Origin: an uncultured Microbacteriaceae bacterium
Lineage (GTDB): Bacteria; Actinomycetota; Actinomycetes; Actinomycetales; Microbacteriaceae
Direction of reading: 5' to 3'
DNA: 41,692 bases
Assembly: GCA_903857985.1 (NCBI GenBank)
Contig: CAIOGW010000099.1
Location: forward strand, 1 to 41,692
Shown here: positions 20,576 through 28,649 of the stretch, in pieces
How the letters are laid out: every line of letters starts with the position of its first letter
Position numbering within the stretch: the stretch's first letter is position 1
Made by a program: the position numbers and the translations under genes
Notes under the pieces: model-generated
What the model saw: the letters and a program-made list of their open reading frames with translations, nothing else
Told to the model about the DNA's origin: nothing
Databases searched by the model: none

Positions 20576-23233
20576 TTAGGACTGCGTTATCGCGTTGGCC
20601 ACGGCCGCGAGGGCCTCGGGGAGGCGCGTGACGTCGGAACCACCGGCCTGCGCCATGTCGTCACGACCGCCACCTCCGCCGCCGAGAATTCCGGCCGCAA
20701 TCTTGACAAGTGCCCCCGCCTTGAGCCCGGCCTCGCGCGCTGGCCCCGTCGTGAGAACGATAATGCTCGGCTTTCCGTCGATCACCGATGCGAGCGAGAT
20801 CACGCAGGCCTGGTTCTGAACGTTATCTCGCACCGCAACGGCCAGGTCGCGCAGATCGTCGACACGAGACACAGAAACCTCGGCAAGAACCGTATTAATT
20901 GACCCGCCGTCGTTGAGCTGGGCCAAAATGCCGGGAACGAGGTCTTTGAGGTTGGCGCTCTCGAAGTCGGCGACCCGCTTCGCAGCCGCCTTGAGCGATG
21001 CCGTGAGCTCGGAGATGCGCTCGACCAGGTCTTCACGCGGAACCTTGAGCGACGAGGAAAGTTCGTTCACAATCGCACGCTCGGCCGCAAAAGACGTGAA
21101 CGCCTGATTGCCCACAAAGGCCTCGATTCGGCGATTCGACGAACCCACCGAAGATTCACTGACCACAGAAACGAGCCCGATCTGAGCAGATCGCTCAACG
21201 TGCGTGCCGGCACACAGCTCACGACTCCAGGGCCCACCAATGTCGACCATGCGCACGGTTTCGCCGTACTTCTCGCCGAAAAGCGCCATGGCGCCGAGCT
21301 TCTTGGCTTCATCGAGTGCCATCTCGCGGGTCACCACTTCGAGGTCGTCCTCGATAGCCGCGTTCACAATCTCTTCGATGTCGGTGCGCGTTGCCGACGA
21401 CAGCGCCTCACTCCACGAAAAGTCAAGCCGCATGTATCCGGCCTTGTTGTAGGAACCGCTCTGGTGTGCCGTCTCCCCCAGCGTCTGACGAAGCGCAGCG
21501 TGCACAAGGTGAGTGGCCGAGTGTGCCTGGGCGGCAGCTCGGCGATAGGCCCGATCAACGACCGTCGTGGCCTTATCGCCAACCGCGATGGTTCCCGAGA
21601 GAACTGTTGCTGTGTGAGACACCAAGCCCTTGACGGGCTTTTGAACATCGATGACATCAATCTCGAACGAGCCGCCGATGATGCGGCCGGCGTCGGAATC
21701 TTGGCCACCAGACTCCGCGTAGAGCGAGGTTTCTGCCACAATCACTTCGACGGTGTCGCCGGCTTGCGCGGACGGAACAGACACGCCGTCTTTGAGGATT
21801 CCCAGCACGCGGGTTTCCGTTTCGAGCGTGCCGTAACCCGTGAAGAGTGTTTCTCCGTGTGCCCGGAAGTCTCCGTACACGCTGAGGTCGGCAATGGTCG
21901 ACTTCTTCGACTTCGCGTCCGCCTTCGCGCGCGAGCGCTGCTCGGCCATCAGCTTGTCAAAGGCGCTGCGGTCAACACTGACCCCAGCTTCTTCTGCCAT
22001 CTCCAGCGTCAGGTCAATCGGGAAACCAAAGGTGTCGTGCAACAGGAATGCTGTCGATCCCGGCAAACGTGAGGCTCCGTTGTCTTTAGCCTCAACAACG
22101 GCGAGGTCCAGAATGGTTGTGCCCTGTTCGAGTGTCTTGATGAAGGCGGATTCTTCGCCATAGGCAATCTTGGAGATGCGTGCGAAGTCGGTGTGAACCT
22201 CGGGGTAGGCCGTGGCCATGGCGTCGCGTGATGCCGTGAAAAGTTCAGGAAAAACTGGCTCATCTACGCCTAAAAGACGCATGGCACGAACGCTGCGACG
22301 GAGGAGCCGTCGAAGAATATAGCCGCGGCCCTCGTTTGAGGCACTCACGCCGTCTGACATCAGCATGAGAGCCGAGCGAACGTGATCGGCCACAACGCGA
22401 AGTCGAACATCGGCCTCAGGGTCGGCCCCGTAGTGAACTCCCGCCAGTTCGGCAGCGCGATCCAACACTGGACGAACCTGGTCGATTTCGTAGAGGTTCT
22501 CGACGCCCTGCTTCAGGAACGCCACACGCTCAAGCCCCATGCCGGTGTCAATATTCTTCTGCGGTAGTTCCCCCAGAATCTCGAACTCGGTCTTCGACGT
22601 ACCCTTGCCTCGCAAGTACTGCATGAACACAAGGTTCCAGATCTCGATGTAGCGATCCTCGTCGGCGACGGGACCACCTTCGATGCCGTAACTGGGACCG
22701 CGGTCGAAGTAGATCTCGGAACACGGTCCGGCCGGACCGGGCTGACCCGTAGACCAATAGTTGTCTTCTTTTCCTCGACGCTGAATGCGAGCATCCGGAA
22801 GGCCTGCCGTCTTTTTCCACATCGCGATGGCTTCGTCGTCGTCCTCGTAGACGGTGACCCACAGGTCCTTCTCTGCGAATCCCAAACCACCGGAACTCTC
22901 CGACGTCGTCAAAAGCTCCCACGCGAACTCAATAGCCTCAGCCTTGAAGTAATCACCGAAGGAGAAGTTGCCGTTCATCTGGAAGAACGTGCCGTGGCGA
23001 GTGGTCTTTCCAACTTCTTCGATATCGAGGGTTCGGATGCACTTCTGCACACTCGTGGCGCGCGGGTACGGCGGTGGAACGAGCCCAGACATGTAGGGGA
23101 TGAATGGCACCATGCCGGCGACGGTGAACAGCAGGCTGGGATCATCGCTGACGAGCGAAGCTGAAGGCACCACGGTGTGCCCGCGCGACCCGAAGTAGTC
23201 GAGCCACCGTGAACGAATATCGGCGGTCTGCAT
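20576..23233 (-). CDS. alaS: Alanine--tRNA ligase
   Basis: The track ORF (to 23368) is trimmed to ATG 23233 (MQTADIRSRWLDYFGSRGHTVVPSASL, the conserved AlaRS N-terminus), giving 885 aa. FTVAGM motif, editing-domain HSATHLVHAAL, and a C-terminal GGGGGR DHHA1 region. Confidence 0.96.
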   Translation of the reverse strand: MQTADIRSRWLDYFGSRGHTVVPSASLVSDDPSLLFTVAGMVPFIPYMSGLVPPPYPRATSVQKCIRTLDIEEVGKTTRHGTFFQMNGNFSFGDYFKAEAIEFAWELLTTSESSGGLGFAEKDLWVTVYEDDDEAIAMWKKTAGLPDARIQRRGKEDNYWSTGQPGPAGPCSEIYFDRGPSYGIEGGPVADEDRYIEIWNLVFMQYLRGKGTSKTEFEILGELPQKNIDTGMGLERVAFLKQGVENLYEIDQVRPVLDRAAELAGVHYGADPEADVRLRVVADHVRSALMLMSDGVSASNEGRGYILRRLLRRSVRAMRLLGVDEPVFPELFTASRDAMATAYPEVHTDFARISKIAYGEESAFIKTLEQGTTILDLAVVEAKDNGASRLPGSTAFLLHDTFGFPIDLTLEMAEEAGVSVDRSAFDKLMAEQRSRAKADAKSKKSTIADLSVYGDFRAHGETLFTGYGTLETETRVLGILKDGVSVPSAQAGDTVEVIVAETSLYAESGGQDSDAGRIIGGSFEIDVIDVQKPVKGLVSHTATVLSGTIAVGDKATTVVDRAYRRAAAQAHSATHLVHAALRQTLGETAHQSGSYNKAGYMRLDFSWSEALSSATRTDIEEIVNAAIEDDLEVVTREMALDEAKKLGAMALFGEKYGETVRMVDIGGPWSRELCAGTHVERSAQIGLVSVVSESSVGSSNRRIEAFVGNQAFTSFAAERAIVNELSSSLKVPREDLVERISELTASLKAAAKRVADFESANLKDLVPGILAQLNDGGSINTVLAEVSVSRVDDLRDLAVAVRDNVQNQACVISLASVIDGKPSIIVLTTGPAREAGLKAGALVKIAAGILGGGGGGRDDMAQAGGSDVTRLPEALAAVANAITQS

Positions 23234-23246
23234 TGTCGACGCGCGC

Positions 23247-23438
23247 CTAAGCGCGGGGCGTGCGAGCGCGTAGCTGGCTCTCGCGATCGCGGTAGCCCTG
23301 GCTGACGGCATCCGACAGATCTTTCGCTGTGGCATCCATCTTGGCCAGGAAGGCGCGTCCCTGTTCACTCTTGCTTACGCGGTGGGCAACCAGAAAGCCG
23401 AGGCCAACACCCACGAGAATGGCGATGATGTACTTCAT
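23247..23438 (-). CDS. Small membrane-anchored protein (63 aa), function unknown
   Basis: The track ORF (to 23510) is trimmed to ATG 23438, which is preceded by a GGAG RBS and lies downstream of the rpsD terminator hairpin. MKYIIAILVGVGLGFLVAH is a TM helix followed by a charged helical tail. It ends 13 nt before the alaS ATG. Confidence 0.6.
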   Translation of the reverse strand: MKYIIAILVGVGLGFLVAHRVSKSEQGRAFLAKMDATAKDLSDAVSQGYRDRESQLRARTPRA

Positions 23439-23487
23439 GATGACTACTCCTGCGTAATTGAAGCGAACAACTAACATTCTAGGGCCA

Positions 23488-23531
23488 GAAAAAATGTGAA
23501 CGCGGGGCACCCCGTGAAGGGACGCCCCGCG
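23488..23531 (-). terminator. Putative intrinsic terminator downstream of rpsD
   Basis: The minus strand reads CGCGGGGCGUCCC-UUCAC-GGGGUGCCCCGCG, a ~12-13 bp GC-rich stem that includes two G-U pairs. It is followed by UUCACAUUUUUUCUGG. The U-tract sits 6 nt from the stem base, which is suboptimal. Confidence 0.55.
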
Positions 23532-23549
23532 CTGACAAACAACTAGGGG

Positions 23550-24179
23550 TTAGCGGGCGGCGTAGTACTCCACAACCAGCTGAACCTCACAGGTCACGGG
23601 AACCTCGACACGCTTGGGGCGACGAAGGAGTGTGGCGCGGAGCTTGTCAATCTCTACCTCGAGGTAACCGGGCACCGGTGGCAAAACGGCAACGTGCCCG
23701 CCTGCCGCGGCAACTTGGAACGGCTCCATGCCTTCCGAGCGCTCCTTGACGTGAATGAGCTGTCCGGGCTTGACCCGGAACGACGGGCGATCCACCAGCT
23801 GGCCGTCAACCAGAATGTGACGGTGCACAACCATCTGGCGAGCCTGAGAAGTGGTGCGTGCAATACCGGCTCGAACAATCAGTGCGTCAAGGCGCATCTC
23901 GAGAAGCTCAACCAGGTTCTCACCGGTCAAGCCGTCTGCGCGGCGGGCTTCCTGGAAGACGCGCTTGAGTTGTGCCTCACGGATGCCGTACTGGGCACGA
24001 AGACGCTGCTTCTCGCGAAGACGAACCGCGTAATCAGAGTCTGTCTTGCGCTTGGTGCGACCGTGCTCACCCGGAGGATAGGGACGCTTTTCGAGGTACT
24101 TGGCTGCCTTGGGCGTGAGGGGAATTCCCAGCGCACGCGACAGGCGGGTCTTGCTGCGGGTACGTGACTTTGTAGACAC
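23550..24179 (-). CDS. rpsD: 30S ribosomal protein S4
   Basis: 209 aa. RLSRALGIPLTPKAAKYLEKRPYPPGEHG N-terminus and an S4 RNA-binding domain (LDALIVRAGIARTTSQARQMVVHRHILVDG). GTG start. Confidence 0.96.
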   Translation of the reverse strand: MSTKSRTRSKTRLSRALGIPLTPKAAKYLEKRPYPPGEHGRTKRKTDSDYAVRLREKQRLRAQYGIREAQLKRVFQEARRADGLTGENLVELLEMRLDALIVRAGIARTTSQARQMVVHRHILVDGQLVDRPSFRVKPGQLIHVKERSEGMEPFQVAAAGGHVAVLPPVPGYLEVEIDKLRATLLRRPKRVEVPVTCEVQLVVEYYAAR

Positions 24180-24393
24180 GATGTCCTTTCAAAAGAGTGA
24201 ACAGAAAATGGCGTGGTCGAAACCACAGAAACGAGACCACAAGAAAGAGGAATGCCATCGGGGCCCGGCTACAGGGTTCTTCCCGCGAGTCATCTGGTCT
24301 GTGTTCGCAGCCGCACGTTCACAGGTGATGAGGCAAGAAAAAGCCTAGCACGAGAGCTGGCCGCCAACCGTCGGCCAATCGAAGACCAGCCAA

Positions 24394-25716
24394 TTATTCC
24401 CCGCGCAAGACACTCCGCAGGCGTTCGAGACGTTCGGCGATGTCACGTTCTTGCCCGTGGCTTGTCGGTCGGTAGTAGATGCGCCCCGTGAGTGAATCGG
24501 GTAAATATTGCTGCGCCACGATGCCGAGAGGGTCGTTGTGTGGATACGAGTAGCCGGCTCCATGACCGAGGTTCTTAGCCCCCGAATAACTCGCGTCGCG
24601 AAGGTGCACCGGAACGACATCTGATTTTCCTTCGCGAACATCGCTCAAAGCCTCGTTGATGCCCACGTAAGCGGCATTCGATTTGGGCGAGGTTGCGAGA
24701 AAAACCGTGGCCTCGGCCAGCGGAATACGACCTTCCGGCATGCCAATCAGGGCAACTGCATCGGCGGCGGCCACAGCCAGGGACAGTGCGTGAGGCGCAG
24801 CGAGTCCAATGTCTTCCGCTGCCGAAATGATTAGTCGCCGCGCAATAAACCGCGGGTCTTCTCCGGCCTCAATCATGCGTGCAAGGTAGTGCAACGCGGC
24901 ATCGACATCCGATCCGCGAATCGACTTGATGAAGGCACTAATCACGTCATAGTGCTCATCTCCGTCACGGTCGTAGCGCAGTAGTGCCCGGTCAACCGCG
25001 TTCCCGATGTCTTCGCCAGTAATCGCAACGGGTGGGGGCGTATCACCCGAGCGGCGCAGCGCAAGAGAGGCTGCGGCATCCAGTGCAGTGAGCGCTCGTC
25101 GGGCATCGCCCGAACTAAATCGCACGAGCGTGGCCATAGCATCATCGGCGAGGTCAAAATTCTCGGCTAAGCCGTGCGAGGCGGCAAGAGCACCGCGCAC
25201 CACTCGGGAGAGTTCGTCATCCGTCAGAAGGTTGAGCCGCAAAAGAAGGGAACGAGAGAGGAGTGGCGAGATAACGCTGAACGACGGGTTCTCCGTGGTT
25301 GCCGCTATCAGGGTCACCCATCCGTTCTCAACTCCCGGAAGTAGGGCGTCCTGCTGAGCCTTGGTGAAACGATGAATCTCATCGAGAAACAGCAGCGTTG
25401 AGGAACCGTAGAGATCGCGGGTATCTCGGGCGGCCGTCATTGCCTCGCGCACATCCTTCACGCCAGCCGTAATCGCCGACATCTCAATGAAGCGGCGATC
25501 GCTCGATGCGGCAACGGCATAAGCAAGAGATGTCTTGCCCGTACCGGGCGGACCCCAAAGAATCACTGACGCACCACCGGAAGACGACTCGGCGAGCTGG
25601 CGAAGCGGCGAACCAGCCATGAGAAGCCCTGACTGACCAACAATCTCGTCGAGCGAGCGTGGTCGCATACGCACGGCCAGGGGTGCCGTTGCATCGCCCA
25701 ACAGAGAACCGGTCAC
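24394..25716 (-). CDS. rarA: Replication-associated recombination protein A (MgsA/RarA AAA+ ATPase)
   Basis: 440 aa. MRPRSLDEIVGQ, Walker A GPPGTGKTS, Walker B LFLDEIHRF, ALLPGVENG, and C-terminal YDVISAFIKSIRGSD and YSYPH motifs. Confidence 0.94.
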   Translation of the reverse strand: MTGSLLGDATAPLAVRMRPRSLDEIVGQSGLLMAGSPLRQLAESSSGGASVILWGPPGTGKTSLAYAVAASSDRRFIEMSAITAGVKDVREAMTAARDTRDLYGSSTLLFLDEIHRFTKAQQDALLPGVENGWVTLIAATTENPSFSVISPLLSRSLLLRLNLLTDDELSRVVRGALAASHGLAENFDLADDAMATLVRFSSGDARRALTALDAAASLALRRSGDTPPPVAITGEDIGNAVDRALLRYDRDGDEHYDVISAFIKSIRGSDVDAALHYLARMIEAGEDPRFIARRLIISAAEDIGLAAPHALSLAVAAADAVALIGMPEGRIPLAEATVFLATSPKSNAAYVGINEALSDVREGKSDVVPVHLRDASYSGAKNLGHGAGYSYPHNDPLGIVAQQYLPDSLTGRIYYRPTSHGQERDIAERLERLRSVLRGE

Positions 25717-25815
25717 GCGCTCAGCCTATTCGCGAAGAGTCGTGCGCGAGGTGGGCTAATCTGCTGGAGGGGAACAAACACCACCCTCACCGGCCAAACC
25801 GAGAGAATCACGACT

Positions 25816-26583
25816 GTGGCAAAAAACACCAAGTCCCAACAAAGGGCAGAGCGCGAGCGGCTACGCGCCTATCGTGAGCGGCAGAAGGCGCACGGTGCGC
25901 AAGTGTCGCGCCGCAAACGAGACAATCGTCTGTGGCTGTCCATCGGTATCCCCATCGTTGCGGTCGCCATCGGAGCTCAGGCGCTTTTCACTTTTGTTGA
26001 ACCCTACGCCCCCGACCCGCTGTCGTCGGGCACCCCGGGCGCACCGACGAATTTTCTTCCCGACAAGTCGGCGGCGGAAGACCGCACCTGGACGGGCGAG
26101 CTTGTCATTAACGAGATACCGCTCGGTGTAGAGCTGAACGGCATGTTGGCACCGCAGGCCGTGGCGAGCACAATATACCTAGCCAATAAGGGTTTTTATG
26201 ACTTTGCCACCTGCCACCGTCTCACCACGGAGGGCCTCTTTGTGCTGCAGTGCGGCGATCCGAACGGCGATGGCACCGGTGGCCCGGGGTACTACTACGG
26301 CCCCGTAGAGAACTCACCGGCGGACGAAATATATCCGGCTGGTACTCTCGCCATGGCGCGTCGAGGTGGCGATGGGAACTCGATCGGCTCGCAATTCTTC
26401 ATCGTCTACAAAGACACAAAGCTTCCCGCTGAACCGGGCATCGGTGGATATTCCGTGATTGGTCGCATAACGAGCGGACTCCCTGAACTCGAGGCTGCCG
26501 TGATCTCTGGTGGCGTCGAAGGAGGCTCTACCGATGGAAGGCCCGCAATTGTGACAGTCATCGGATCCTTTAAGCTTCAGTAG
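25816..26583 (+). CDS. ppiB: Membrane-anchored cyclophilin-type peptidyl-prolyl cis-trans isomerase (PpiB-like)
   Basis: 255 aa, GTG start. Basic N-terminus plus TM helix (LWLSIGIPIVAVAIGAQALF) and a cyclophilin core (FHRLTTEGLFVLQCGDPNGDGTGGPGY, GTLAMAR, GSQFFIVY). A ppiB gene lies next to relA in M. tuberculosis (Rv2582/Rv2583c). Confidence 0.88.
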   Translation: MAKNTKSQQRAERERLRAYRERQKAHGAQVSRRKRDNRLWLSIGIPIVAVAIGAQALFTFVEPYAPDPLSSGTPGAPTNFLPDKSAAEDRTWTGELVINEIPLGVELNGMLAPQAVASTIYLANKGFYDFATCHRLTTEGLFVLQCGDPNGDGTGGPGYYYGPVENSPADEIYPAGTLAMARRGGDGNSIGSQFFIVYKDTKLPAEPGIGGYSVIGRITSGLPELEAAVISGGVEGGSTDGRPAIVTVIGSFKLQ

Positions 26584-26638
26584 CGGGGTACTCTGCTCTA
26601 AACTGACGGCGCAAACACCTATCGCAGGAAGCACACTC

Positions 26639-27859
26639 ATGAGTTCTCAATCGTTCGGTCGAGTCGACGCCGAGGGCAACGTCTTCTGCTCAGAGGACGG
26701 CGTCGAACGTCACGTGGGACAGTATGCCGACGTGTCTGCCGAAGAGGCCCTGGCTTTCTACGTTCGCAAGTTTGACGACATCAACACGACCCTCTCTCTC
26801 TTCGAGCGGCGCGTGGCCTCTGACGCCGCGCACACTGACCTGTCGGCCTCTCTCACCAAGATTAGTGAGCAGGTAACCGAAGGGATTGGTGTGGGCGACT
26901 TCGCTGCACTTCGATCGCGCATCGCCACTCTCAGCTCGACGATAGAGAAGAAGGTTGAAGAGCTTAGCGAGCAGTCAGCCCTGGCTCGCGAGGAAGCTAT
27001 TGCGGCACGCACTGCGCTCGTCGAAAAAGTTGAAGCCCTTGCCTTGGGGGATCTGAGCAAGGTGCAGTGGAAGCAGATGACCACCAAGGTTGACGAACTT
27101 TTTGCACAGTGGCAGGAAGCACAAAAGAAGGACCGCAAGTTCCCGAAGGCGACCGCCGATGATTTGTGGAAGCGCTTTCGTACTGCCCGAAATACTCTCG
27201 ACCAGGCGCGACGGAAGTACTTTGCTGAGCTCGATCAAGCCACCAAGGGCGCCAAGGTCGCGAAGGAAGCACTCATCACCAAGGCAGAGGGGCTCATTGC
27301 TCAGGGCGCCACAGCACTCACGCCCTACCGTGCCCTCCTCGAGGATTGGAAGAAGGCTCCCCGAGGCCCCAAAAAGGTCGACGACGCACTGTGGAAGCGT
27401 TTCAAGGCCGCCGGCGACGCCATCTACGCAGCCAAGAACGAAGAGTTTGAGCGTGACGAGGCCGAGTATCAGGGCAACCTCGACATCAAGTTGGAAATTT
27501 TGAGGGAGGCAGAACCTCTGTTGACGGCAACAGACTACTCGCAGGCGCGGGCCACGTTGAACAGTTTGCAGAAGCGCTGGGATGCTGCCGGCAAGGTTCC
27601 CCGTGCAAAGATCCGCGAGGTTGAAGACAGCATGCGCAAGGTGGAGACGGCCGTTCGTAAGCTCGAAGAGAATCACTGGGACAAGTCCAACCCCGAGAGG
27701 CAAGCGCGCTCCGAAGGATTGGCAGGACAAATTGAATCAAAGATTGCCGCTCTCGAGGCCGAACGGTCAATCGCGGAATCTGCGGGCGACGCCAGCCGGG
27801 TCGCTGCTATCGAAGAGGACATCTCCGCTCAGCGTTCGTGGCTCGCTGTTCTCGCCTGA
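26639..27859 (+). CDS. DUF349 domain-containing protein (repeat helical protein, function unknown)
   Basis: 406 aa, highly charged and helical. It has recurring modules of the type W(K/Q)xx...LWKRFRTARNTLDQARRKYF, LWKRFKAAGDAIYAAKNEEF and LQKRWDAAGKVPRAKIREVE, typical of DUF349 repeats. Confidence 0.8.
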   Translation: MSSQSFGRVDAEGNVFCSEDGVERHVGQYADVSAEEALAFYVRKFDDINTTLSLFERRVASDAAHTDLSASLTKISEQVTEGIGVGDFAALRSRIATLSSTIEKKVEELSEQSALAREEAIAARTALVEKVEALALGDLSKVQWKQMTTKVDELFAQWQEAQKKDRKFPKATADDLWKRFRTARNTLDQARRKYFAELDQATKGAKVAKEALITKAEGLIAQGATALTPYRALLEDWKKAPRGPKKVDDALWKRFKAAGDAIYAAKNEEFERDEAEYQGNLDIKLEILREAEPLLTATDYSQARATLNSLQKRWDAAGKVPRAKIREVEDSMRKVETAVRKLEENHWDKSNPERQARSEGLAGQIESKIAALEAERSIAESAGDASRVAAIEEDISAQRSWLAVLA

Positions 27860-27938
27860 CCCGCGTCACAAAAATTTGGGGAAGTGTTCCACAGTTTCCT
27901 TCCACCGACCATCGTGACCGGCAGGTACCTGCGACCAT

Positions 27939-28649
27939 GTGCGCGTGCATGCATCCGAGCTCTCTAACTTTTCCGTGGCAGAACGCTGGTCGCTCGTGCG
28001 TGACGGTCATGCCGTGGTCACAGAGGGCATCATCTGCCCGCTCGACACACCACCAGGGCCAGGTCTACGCCTCGATGCACATCTCTGCACCGATCGCGAC
28101 GATGCCGTGGCTATCGAACAGTCGGCACTCTGGGTCCTCGGTGCGATCCGTTCGGTGCCGAAAGAGCTCCACATAGCCGGACTCGATGGAGCCAGACTCT
28201 ACGTGGGCAGTAGCGACGTCCATGCGCGCGAGCTCAACATTCAGAGAACTGACTGTGTCGCCTACGGCAACAGGCTCGTGACGAGTGCTGCCCGCACGGC
28301 CGCCGACATTGCTCGCTACTCCCCCGACGACAAAACCGCGCTCGCGGAGCTGACAGCCCTGAGCGAAAAAACGCCGTACGACTACCGAAGCGCGCTGGAA
28401 ATCGTGGGGCGCACCGTCCACCTTCCGTTCGCGAGACGCGCAAGGGATCGCCTAGGAGCCGCTCTCGCTGACGCGGTAGGCGTCGTAGACACCGTCAATG
28501 CGCCGAATGGCGTTGAGGAGGCGTTCGAGGTGACTGGTGTCGCTCATTTCAAACACAAACCTATTGAGAGCAAGGCGTTCCGTGGTTGTACTGACCGTGG
28601 CGGAAAGAATGTTGACGTGGTTCTCGGCCAGAACCCGGGTGACATCTGA
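27939..28649 (+). CDS. Hypothetical protein with AbiEi-antitoxin-like features; the 3' 198 nt overlap relA convergently
   Basis: 236 aa ORF with a GTG start and G/C-rich third codon positions in this frame. By eye it resembles actinobacterial AbiEi_4-type proteins (ELS..SLVRDGHAV....PLDTPPGP.LR..A.. / SALWVLG / RLVTSAARTAADIARY). The first in-frame stop is at 28647-28649, well inside the relA 3' end. The start codon and expression are unverified. Confidence 0.45.
   Translation: MRVHASELSNFSVAERWSLVRDGHAVVTEGIICPLDTPPGPGLRLDAHLCTDRDDAVAIEQSALWVLGAIRSVPKELHIAGLDGARLYVGSSDVHARELNIQRTDCVAYGNRLVTSAARTAADIARYSPDDKTALAELTALSEKTPYDYRSALEIVGRTVHLPFARRARDRLGAALADAVGVVDTVNAPNGVEEAFEVTGVAHFKHKPIESKAFRGCTDRGGKNVDVVLGQNPGDI

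Noticed and set aside
23234-23368. N-terminal extensions in the ORF track for alaS (to 23368), yebC (to 37200), yajC (to 34142), ruvB (to 35190), aroB (to 16280), mltG (to 20186), pdxT (to 37744), relA (to 30731), the pyr-operon membrane ORF (to 10828) and the small ORF (to 23510)
   Set aside because: The extensions overlap the upstream gene or a terminator and are Arg/Pro/Ser-rich. They also precede the conserved family N-terminus. Internal ATG or GTG starts with an RBS or a 4-14 nt stop/start overlap fit better.
24345-24395. Possible terminator after rarA (GGCCG-ACGGUUGG-CGGCC and AGGC-UUUUUCUU-GCCU)
   Set aside because: The stems are short (4-5 bp) with large loops and no proper U-tract after a stable stem. 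This is not convincing by eye.
28065-28421. 118-aa minus-strand ORF inside the AbiEi-like ORF region, considered as a possible toxin partner
   Set aside because: Its codon third positions coincide with the first positions of the plus-strand ORF, the classic shadow frame. Its composition is Arg/Gly/Val-rich and it has no motif.
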